From the IMG/VR virus record IMGVR_UViG_3300028883_000033, positions 1 to 64,000 of that record: a stretch of 64,000 bases of DNA; one strand, given 5' to 3'. The notes beneath the pieces were generated by a model that saw only the letters and a list, made by a program, of their open reading frames with translations, made no database searches and had not been told where the DNA came from. Both the position numbers and the translations under genes were made by a program. Positions 29,201-35,799 of this stretch are shown here, in pieces (position 1 is the stretch's first letter; each line of letters starts with the position of its first letter). Source of the stretch: a virus.

Positions 29201-29335
29201 CATTGGCGCTGGAATATTCCATCGCACCGTTCCTTGTCCTGTTTGAGGGTCACCTGGAGAAAACGTTAGAGCGATAGTATCGCCTTCATGTTTAATTTGT
29301 TCAGGTGTATCGTTTGGCGAGTCAAATGCGCCCAT
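26216..29335 (-). CDS. Neck protein (gp13-like) with a ~780-aa N-terminal extension of Trp-rich repeats
   Basis: C-terminal LGYPVVEVELT..Q...AI, WIKRYS, RGKYASLPGAGGGVSLN; repeated 'G.(L/Y)WYN...L..W.G..W' units. Confidence 0.85.
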   Translation of the reverse strand: MGAFDSPNDTPEQIKHEGDTIALTFSPGDPQTGQGTVRWNIPAPMLGCASDSPGAYCGMVVLLSEAPLTINHAPQDGTIYEADAQADSDVHVGDRINGALVVGAFYEGEQKSRGEQLTTSFVIHGLKPRTSYFVVGYAVDCQGRYHRDGQRAYSADFGNVTDPGTPASQTVVLNNGNGALPTDGTGLVPGMTYEFEFEVNTNFPNQSTSRIVKVSEDGTNLGTYQDLLDAINSAIAQSGNPPHSPVPPDQGRYYWDGETLYQWDGTNNQPVDALIEPTDPSAVVSGSYWHNPVTGALNLYTGSPLSWNPVSVIGYVEDPTNLTMGDDFWFDGTNAYRYCTETWCEEVVHVQNIDPLTKPVPNCSVYWYDETNVVLNHWNHDFEQWETTYAIQWDTPPNTLNVGTYWYNDSTEELLVYGGSPLDFTAVTFINSIADPSIGGSTLVDGDLWYNPNTEELKEWSDTGSPIGWVDVPVLIWPEDPRNTESCDLWWDNTTDRLYKWDSVNGEWDEVGEFTQSATDPYSQPVLDYGELWYNPDTKEMKRWDGVRWLDVTHIEYPTDPTQPILGTAWHNTATNTWFVWSGSPAAWVAIDPVDSEVDPTIIPAGTFWYDSTNDALYQRIGASWVAVPFSTSPYYPKHGDVWYDSTNDVLMEWVRNPDRVDDPLSNQGEWVPATPIAEAIIDSNGNLTLHTTGTGSNKMIMILIPEGTNYAVYEGIATGDAGLDTVCCHYKDYENVNVPPTTVGPDTFLFSYLVPPGGLLRHSYGDDGVHELPTYEQLGVGDDGSPDERRQIADWVRSQLGYPVVEVELTPKQINEAIDFALETIRQRTSIAYQRSAFFLDIQPGYQHYKLTDRTCGFHKIVTVMSAYRFTSAFLSSAHGAGVYGQIVLQHLYNMGTFDLLSYHLVSEYVEQLEHLFATRLVYHWNESERVLSFYQSFTVPERILLDVTIERTEQSILKDRWVRTWIKRYSLMKAMETLAQIRGKYASLPGAGGGVSLNAADLMTKATELKEELDMEIEDYVANDPEDIGMHSSFIMG

Positions 29336-29363
29336 AATTCCACACTCCTATAGCATTTAGGAG

Positions 29364-29371
29364 TATTTATG
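29364..29371 (-). promoter_or_regulatory. Late promoter CATAAATA (neck operon)
   Basis: Intergenic motif ahead of the AGGAG SD. Confidence 0.7.
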
Positions 29372-29391
29372 AGCGGTTAAATGCAGAATGG

Positions 29392-29727
29392 TTAGTTTTC
29401 TTCTCGTGTATTGCGGAGGAGCCATTTCAACAATCGTTCACCTTGCCACAATGATTTGTACTCATCATCCGTAGGGTGTTCGTTTACACCATCGAACTTG
29501 ATGCTGAGAATTGTTGGGTTGTCCGTGTTTTCATAAAGCCACTCAACAAAGATTTTGTGCTTAGGCTTTAGATTAACGTATTCCTTCTCTTCCTTAGATT
29601 CACCAACGACAAGTTTGCAGTATTTGCGAACAGTGTACTCTGCAGTACGCTTAGGTGTTCGGTTTACTGCCTCGCGCAGTTTTTCTTTAGAATCAAGATA
29701 CTGTTTAAATGTCAGTTTCTTTCCCAT
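29392..29727 (-). CDS. Hypothetical protein
   Basis: 111-112 aa, MGKKLTFKQYLDSKEKLRE; late boxes upstream (e.g. 29813-29820). Confidence 0.7.
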   Translation of the reverse strand: MGKKLTFKQYLDSKEKLREAVNRTPKRTAEYTVRKYCKLVVGESKEEKEYVNLKPKHKIFVEWLYENTDNPTILSIKFDGVNEHPTDDEYKSLWQGERLLKWLLRNTREEN

Positions 29728-29837
29728 CAATGTCTCGCAGGTTGAATGATTGTTTTATTTATTTCTGGAGAGTATTAAATCTTAGTATTTCACCCGATGG
29801 GATATCTTACAGTATTTATCACAAGAACGTCAACCAT

Positions 29838-29865
29838 AAAAAACCCGGCCGAAGCCGGGTTTTTT
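29838..29865 (-). terminator. Intrinsic, likely bidirectional, terminator after the major capsid gene
   Basis: AAAAAACCCGGC-(TTCG on -)-GCCGGGTTTTTT. Confidence 0.92.
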
Positions 29866-29888
29866 GTTTGCACTTCTGTGCGTTCCGA

Positions 29889-31400
29889 TTAACGGAGATC
29901 CAAAGCCTGAACCTTGATCTTACCGTAGTAGTCGGAGCTGTTACCCAGAGATGTTTCAGTGTTAACGAACACCGCTTTACCGTAGCGAGTCATCAGAGAG
30001 ACAACTGGCTGGAAGGTAGTTGGGTGAACAACAACACCGGAGCTCATCAGTGGGATGTATGGGCAGTAGAAGTAACCGGTATCAGTTTCACCGTTACCGC
30101 CTTTGTAACCCATCAGCATAACATCGTCTACAGAACCAGCAGGAGAACCGCCGTCGCCCAGTGCAATACCTGCACCAGACTGGTTCCACAAGTGGCTGTA
30201 AACTTTGATTGTGCCGTTCAGTGTACCAACCATCTGGGTGTTGTTAGGACCTTTGAAGGAACCTTCAACAGCTGGTGCGAAGACAGACTTAGCAGCAGAC
30301 TGCAGAACAGATACCATCAGAGGAGAAACAACCATGAAGTTAGCTGCACCACGACGTGTCTTACGAGCGATCTCGTTAGCAACACGGTTGACGATTACGC
30401 CCAGGTTAGCCAGACGGTCACCAACGTATGCTGGGGTGTAGTTACCACCAGTACCGTAAGCACCACCAGCAGCACCGTCGAAGGTTTCAACAGTACCAGC
30501 CAGAGCGAACAGGTCAGAGATGATTTCGTAGTCGATTTCCTGAACGATCTCAGCTGACAGAGCCTGAGTCATTTCAGATTCCAGATCCAGACCGTGCTGT
30601 GCATTCAGATCCTGCATAGCCTCGATGGTCCAACCAGCCTGCAGCTTACGAGAACCTGCTTCAACTGCCTGAGACACAACGTCCAGAGTCATCTTACGAC
30701 CACCGTTACCTTCCATGTAGGAACCGGAACCACCACGCAGGGAACCAGCTACTGACTTGAAGTAGTTAGCAGCACGGTCACCAGAAGAGTTGGTGCCAAG
30801 CTCACCAGCAGAACCTGGGTCAGCATGTGGGCCAAAGCCGTAAATGCCGTTACCTGGGTCACCAGCGGTATCGTGCGCAGGCATGCTTGATGGCCATGCA
30901 CGGCCTTCAGCAGTTGCTGCAGCGATATCTGGGTTCTTTTCAGAACCAACACCGATACCAGAAGAACCTGGAGGTGCGTCAGCGCCGATGCTAGAGCTGT
31001 AGAAGTGACGGATTGGTGAAACGTTACCGAAAACTTCATCGTTAGGTGCTACGTTGTTTGGAGCGCCGTATGGGTTGCGAGTAGCATCACCAGTAACAGC
31101 TTCAGCGTAACGATAACGAAGTGTGTATGCCAGGCCAACAGGACCGGACATTGGCTGTACGCCAACCAGTTCGGTAGCGATTGTGCCAGGAATGATACGA
31201 CGAATCATCGGGATCAGGATCTTACGGAAACCTGCGATGTCGTGCGCCTGTGTAACGCCTGCGCCGCCTGCTGCACTTTCAGAGATCAATTGATTCTTCT
31301 GGTTTTCCAGCAGAGGAGCGACGATTTCTTGTTTACGTGCGTCCAAACCTTCAAGCAGTGCGCCTTTAGTTTCGGACCAGTTTTCAAACATGTCGTTCAT
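29889..31400 (-). CDS. Major capsid protein (gp23-like)
   Basis: LLENQ, LIPMIRR, GVQPMSGPVGL, SRKLQA.WT.E..QDL.A.HG.D.E, GYKG, FYCPYIPL, MTRYG. Confidence 0.98.
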   Translation of the reverse strand: MNDMFENWSETKGALLEGLDARKQEIVAPLLENQKNQLISESAAGGAGVTQAHDIAGFRKILIPMIRRIIPGTIATELVGVQPMSGPVGLAYTLRYRYAEAVTGDATRNPYGAPNNVAPNDEVFGNVSPIRHFYSSSIGADAPPGSSGIGVGSEKNPDIAAATAEGRAWPSSMPAHDTAGDPGNGIYGFGPHADPGSAGELGTNSSGDRAANYFKSVAGSLRGGSGSYMEGNGGRKMTLDVVSQAVEAGSRKLQAGWTIEAMQDLNAQHGLDLESEMTQALSAEIVQEIDYEIISDLFALAGTVETFDGAAGGAYGTGGNYTPAYVGDRLANLGVIVNRVANEIARKTRRGAANFMVVSPLMVSVLQSAAKSVFAPAVEGSFKGPNNTQMVGTLNGTIKVYSHLWNQSGAGIALGDGGSPAGSVDDVMLMGYKGGNGETDTGYFYCPYIPLMSSGVVVHPTTFQPVVSLMTRYGKAVFVNTETSLGNSSDYYGKIKVQALDLR

Positions 31401-31441
31401 TTTATTACTCCCTTAGTAATTTAGTTAAGTTCGAAAAGTTA

Positions 31442-32374
31442 TTAGCCTGTGATTCCAGCCAGACGACGCAGATGTGCTAGTTTAGCTGCTTCCGCACGCT
31501 TAGCATCTTCGTCAACGCTTTCTTCCAGGACTTCTTCTGTATCACCAGTGACGGCTATGCCTTCTTTAACTGGTGTTGCTTTCTTCTCTTCGCCCTCAGC
31601 TAGTACTTTGCCTTCCTTCTCTGAGTCAGCGGCGTCATGAGACGTCTCACGAAGCACACGGCCAATAAAGACGTTGTATGCTTCTTCTAGGTTATTGGTA
31701 TCAACATTTTTCAGGATAGCTTCCATAACCTCACGTGAACGACCGGAGAGAGGAGATAGGACTGCGACCATCTTCTCTTTGCGTTCCATATTGGCCAGCT
31801 TGCGCTCAGCTTCTTCAAGCTGTGATTCAGTATCAGCCAGACGCTCTTCAGTTTCACGTAGGGTTGCTTCGGCAGATTCTTCATCTGCGTAGGTGGAAGT
31901 GAACTCTTCAGCAAATGCTTCGAAGATTTTACGACCGAATTCATTCTTGCGAACGACTTCGATGTCTTCTTTGAGTTCTTCGATTTCTGCAGCCAGACGG
32001 ATTTCAAGGAAAGAATCAATTTTTTCGACAAGATCGCCAAGATCGCTTTTCAGCTCATCTGCCATAGCAGCTTTCGCTTCAACAATCTTTTCAGCATACT
32101 CGGCTTCCAAATCACGGAAACGCTCGATGTCTTCTTTTAGCTCGTCGATCTCGTTTTCGAGGTATTCACCAACTTTGGTGTCAATAGCTTCGATCAGAGT
32201 ATCTTTCTCCTGAACCCACTGTTCAGTTAATTCCGCACGAACGTCAGCAGCTGCTTCATCCTTTGCAGCTGCAATCGCTTCGTCCAATTGCGTCTTGAAC
32301 GCTTCTTCCAGTTCCGTTTTTGTATCCTCGGAAAGGACTTCAGCCTCAAGGAGTTTTTGCAGCAACTCGTTCAT
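31442..32374 (-). CDS. Prohead core scaffolding protein (gp22-like)
   Basis: Acidic coiled coil, FGRKIFEAF, C-terminal LRRLAG; between protease and MCP. Confidence 0.88.
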   Translation of the reverse strand: MNELLQKLLEAEVLSEDTKTELEEAFKTQLDEAIAAAKDEAAADVRAELTEQWVQEKDTLIEAIDTKVGEYLENEIDELKEDIERFRDLEAEYAEKIVEAKAAMADELKSDLGDLVEKIDSFLEIRLAAEIEELKEDIEVVRKNEFGRKIFEAFAEEFTSTYADEESAEATLRETEERLADTESQLEEAERKLANMERKEKMVAVLSPLSGRSREVMEAILKNVDTNNLEEAYNVFIGRVLRETSHDAADSEKEGKVLAEGEEKKATPVKEGIAVTGDTEEVLEESVDEDAKRAEAAKLAHLRRLAGITG

Positions 32375-32438
32375 TGTGTAGTCTCCTTAGTAGTTTAGAT
32401 CTGTAACGTGTTATGTAACGTACATTTTTACACATTAT

Positions 32439-32446
32439 TATTTATA
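32439..32446 (-). promoter_or_regulatory. Late promoter TATAAATA (scaffold-MCP)
   Basis: Exact consensus, intergenic. Confidence 0.8.
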
Positions 32447-32464
32447 ATGGGGAGGTCTACCAAC

Positions 32465-32496
32465 AAAAAAGTCGCGGGGCGAACCGCGACTTTTTT
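32465..32496 (-). terminator. Intrinsic terminator after the prohead protease gene
   Basis: AAAAAAGTCGCGG-N6-CCGCGACTTTTTT. Confidence 0.88.
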
Positions 32497-32539
32497 CTTA
32501 TAGAACAAGAAGTTATGTTTTAGAAGTTTTTTCGGATTT

Positions 32540-33178
32540 TTACTTGCGTTTCGCGAACATGCCTTCGCTAAGCCACTTCATAATCTCTTTCTTGAAGTAT
32601 TTTTGCGCTGCATTATCGTGGCGAATAGCCTCAGCTAAGTCGACCACATTATGTCCGTTTCTTGCAAGCTCTAACGACTCTTGTATCGTCTGTGGATACG
32701 CGTTAGGTGCTGACGGTTGGGCGACAATGTCAACCGTCACGAATTGGAAGCCTGTTACGCCACCAGATTCATTCACCTGTCCCGCTCCACGTGAGGAAAC
32801 ACCAAGACCGACACCAGCGCCAACAAGTTCTTTGGCGATGTTGCCCATTGGGGTGCTGAGTAGTCGAGCTTTACCGTATGCGTTTGATCCATCCATCTTC
32901 ATCTCAGTGATCACATGAGACACACGGTCCAGGTTGATCGTTAGAGATTGTGGGTGATCAAGCTCTCCCATGATACCATTACGTTCTTTAATGGTAGCCT
33001 GAGCAATTTTCACAGCTTCGTTAATCTCTTTGGAAGGATAAACACGACCGTTACGGTTCTTGATATCAGCCTGCATAAAAATGCCTGACAGATACGTGTT
33101 CAAACCATCCTTAGAACTTTCTGTGATGATATTTGCTTCTGTTGGAAGAAGCTCTTCTACTAGCAATTCCGTTTTCAT
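32540..33178 (-). CDS. Prohead protease (gp21-like)
   Basis: GIFMQ..KNRNGRVY, GELDHP, TPMG, GVSSRG.G, DIVAQPSAP.A. Confidence 0.97.
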   Translation of the reverse strand: MKTELLVEELLPTEANIITESSKDGLNTYLSGIFMQADIKNRNGRVYPSKEINEAVKIAQATIKERNGIMGELDHPQSLTINLDRVSHVITEMKMDGSNAYGKARLLSTPMGNIAKELVGAGVGLGVSSRGAGQVNESGGVTGFQFVTVDIVAQPSAPNAYPQTIQESLELARNGHNVVDLAEAIRHDNAAQKYFKKEIMKWLSEGMFAKRK

Positions 33179-33193
33179 AGTAGTTTCCTTAGA

Positions 33194-33841
33194 TTAGTCT
33201 TTAGTTCCCATAGAGCGCTTGCCGCGGCCATCGTCAAACTTGCTGACTTTGCCCTTATCGGCTCCTGCATGGAACTCGGGACCACGTGCCTTGGTGTCAT
33301 TAGACTTCTTAGGCTTCTTTCTCAGGCTGTCGCCTTCGATCTTGCCTTTATCTGCGCCTTCTTTGAACTCAGGACCACGTGCCTTGGTGTCATTAGACTT
33401 CTTAGGCTTGTCACGTAGGCTATTGCCACTGATCTTGCCTTTGTCAGCACCAGCATGGAATTCAGGACCACGAGCTTTAGTCAGGTTAGCGTGAGGGTTA
33501 GTAGAGCTTTCCTTCACGTCTTCCTTCTTATCTTTCTTGCTGTCCTTCTCGTCTTTTTCGTCTTTTTCGTCTTTGTCTTCAGCTGCATCTTCTGCAGATT
33601 CGTCTTCATCGCCATCATCGTCGATGTCTGCGAAGTCAGGTTTTTCGCCCTTCTTCTCACCGAGAATCAGATGACGAGTCTTTTCTTGAAGATAGTTGTG
33701 AAGATGTTCAGCAGCTGCATCCGAGTCGCCAGCAATCAGCGCTTCGACCATTTTATGGACAGCATTGATCTTCTTCTCAGAGTTTTCGCCTTTATTCACC
33801 TTACGAACTTTCTTGTCGTAATCTTTGTCGCCACGTGCCAT
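33194..33841 (-). CDS. Prohead core protein (gp67/68-like) with a basic repeat tail
   Basis: Position between portal and protease; helical N-domain, acidic linker, repeated TKARGPEF. Confidence 0.65.
   Translation of the reverse strand: MARGDKDYDKKVRKVNKGENSEKKINAVHKMVEALIAGDSDAAAEHLHNYLQEKTRHLILGEKKGEKPDFADIDDDGDEDESAEDAAEDKDEKDEKDEKDSKKDKKEDVKESSTNPHANLTKARGPEFHAGADKGKISGNSLRDKPKKSNDTKARGPEFKEGADKGKIEGDSLRKKPKKSNDTKARGPEFHAGADKGKVSKFDDGRGKRSMGTKD
33248..33481 (-). repeat. 93-bp (31-aa) tandem repeat, about 2.5 copies
   Basis: accacgtgccttggtgtcattagacttcttaggctt recurs at 33281 and 33374. Confidence 0.9.
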
Positions 33842-33847
33842 TTTGTT

Positions 33848-34024
33848 TTACTCCTCGTCGGGTGTTTCATCTGAAGCATCCGAAGCTGACTCCTTTTCTG
33901 GTGCGGTTCCCATGACATCCTGCATTTTACCCTGTAGGTAATCATGGAAATCCACCTGAGCTTGCTCGGGCTTCTGGTTAATCAAGTTATCCAGCATGTT
34001 CTGGAGTTTGTCCTTATCAGACAT
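33848..34024 (-). CDS. Small prohead core protein (gp67-like), 58 aa, not in the ORF track
   Basis: MSDKDKLQNMLDNLINQKPEQAQVDFHDYLQGKMQDVMG...; GGAGG SD; late box 34038-34045; similar to the N-domain of the next gene. Confidence 0.8.
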   Translation of the reverse strand: MSDKDKLQNMLDNLINQKPEQAQVDFHDYLQGKMQDVMGTAPEKESASDASDETPDEE

Positions 34025-34070
34025 GTTCCTACCCTCCTATTTATGATAGTCTGTGTATTTAGGTTATAAA

Positions 34071-35741
34071 TTATCCGGCTTCACCAGCAGGAGGCGTTTC
34101 TCCACCAGCAGCAGCACCGCCTTCAGCGCCCATGCCCATGTCACCTTCGCCTTCCATTCCGCCAGCTTCCATACCCATATCCATTCCGCCTAGGCCGCCG
34201 CCCATGCCGCCTCCGCCGCCTAGGCCGCCCATGCCGCCCATCATGTCTTCGCCAGGACCATAAAGTTGACCGTAGTCCTCTTTACCGCCATCTGGATCAA
34301 GACCTTTTTCTTCACGCAGCATGCGTTCGTTGCGGATGATCTCTTCGTCGGACATCATCAGGAAGCGTTTCATGATGAAGCGTTTTGAGAAGTACTGGAT
34401 ACCGTCTGCGGATCCGTAACTTGACAACAACTGGCTATCAAGCTCGAACTGACGATACTTGCCGAAGTTAGAAGGTTCAGGTAAACGGAGACGATACATT
34501 GACGGATCAACGTATACATTGCTATCCCGCAAAAATGCTTTGAACTCTTCATCGAATACTTTTTCGAGACGACCTTGTAAGCGCATAATGTATAGAGCAA
34601 AACGTAGCTCTTGAATATATGCAACGCCCGCTTTACCATCATTAAAGATGCCGCCGCCATCCGCCTGCTCCAGCATGTATGATGCTGGGACTTTCAGACC
34701 ACGCCACACCTTCTTCTGAAAGTATTCCAGATCAGACAATTCACCAAGACCTTGACCGCCTGGTAATGTTTCAACTTTAGAGCCGCGACCATCAGGACGC
34801 GCCGCAAAGAAGAAGTCTTCTGACATTGAATGTGGGTTGTATACAGAATCAACTTCCATCTGGCCACCATGAGCGTTTGGAATTTTCTTCTGTTTGATTT
34901 CATTCTTGATTGTCTCAAGATACTGCTTCACGCGTTGTGGAGGCATCTTACCAACGTCAATATAGAACACACGACGTTCCGGGGCACGTTGAACTCGGTA
35001 AATGATGATTGCATCTTCAAGGAGTTCTTTCTGTTTATGTGCACGGTATACGGGACGTAATACAGATTCACCGAACGGAGCAGTGTCCGACATATCATCA
35101 TTTAACGTAAAACGAACGATGTCTTTAGCATCAATAATTTCAGTTTCGTATTGCTGCTCCTGCTTGGCACCGATTGGTAGACCATACCCTCCGGCTTTAG
35201 GTTTGTTCGTATTTTTCTTGACCTGCCATGCTACAACCTTGGTCGCATCGTCAGCGTCAACGATAGCAGCGATAACATTCTTAGGGTGAACAAACTGCCA
35301 TTTTTCGAATTGAGTTTTGCCTTTGCGGAAGAACACATCGCCGTATTTGACCGTCATGCGGGCTACGTCGAAGATTTTATTCTCCCAATCATGGATCTGG
35401 TTCCAGCGGCGAAGAGCTGCTTTCACTGTCAGCACAGCAGAGCTTTCAATGTTCTCTTCTTCTTCGGATAGAATATCAATGTCAATTGGGTCGTCAGTTT
35501 TTGGATTGTTCCCCGACATCTCTTCAGCGATTGTATCAAGCGCACGGGAAACCTCGACGTCGTTATCCATGAGATCATACTCACGGTAACGTGTCATGCG
35601 GGATGCTGACCCCTGAACAAGACGCTGATACCAGGTGTAATTGTTATACGCACCGGCATCCGCCATCTCCTGGCTGTCTGTCATCTTGACGTGACCAGGT
35701 TGCGGGGTTACAAATTTGAAATAACTAGTCCACTTTGCCAT
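34071..35741 (-). CDS. Portal protein (gp20-like)
   Basis: LLEDAIIIYRVQRAPERRVFYIDVGKMP, EDFFF..R.DGRGSKVETLPGG, DLEYF.KK. Confidence 0.98.
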   Translation of the reverse strand: MAKWTSYFKFVTPQPGHVKMTDSQEMADAGAYNNYTWYQRLVQGSASRMTRYREYDLMDNDVEVSRALDTIAEEMSGNNPKTDDPIDIDILSEEEENIESSAVLTVKAALRRWNQIHDWENKIFDVARMTVKYGDVFFRKGKTQFEKWQFVHPKNVIAAIVDADDATKVVAWQVKKNTNKPKAGGYGLPIGAKQEQQYETEIIDAKDIVRFTLNDDMSDTAPFGESVLRPVYRAHKQKELLEDAIIIYRVQRAPERRVFYIDVGKMPPQRVKQYLETIKNEIKQKKIPNAHGGQMEVDSVYNPHSMSEDFFFAARPDGRGSKVETLPGGQGLGELSDLEYFQKKVWRGLKVPASYMLEQADGGGIFNDGKAGVAYIQELRFALYIMRLQGRLEKVFDEEFKAFLRDSNVYVDPSMYRLRLPEPSNFGKYRQFELDSQLLSSYGSADGIQYFSKRFIMKRFLMMSDEEIIRNERMLREEKGLDPDGGKEDYGQLYGPGEDMMGGMGGLGGGGGMGGGLGGMDMGMEAGGMEGEGDMGMGAEGGAAAGGETPPAGEAG

Positions 35742-35762
35742 ACTTAATTCTCTTATTCTTAT

Positions 35763-35770
35763 TATTTATC
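35763..35770 (-). promoter_or_regulatory. Late promoter GATAAATA (portal)
   Basis: Intergenic motif. Confidence 0.65.
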
Positions 35771-35799
35771 GTGAACTTAATACACGGTGTCATGTGCTA

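Noticed and set aside
29709-30557. 282-aa + strand ORF
   Set aside because: Antisense to the major capsid gene, crosses its terminator and has no SD; a codon-bias artefact.
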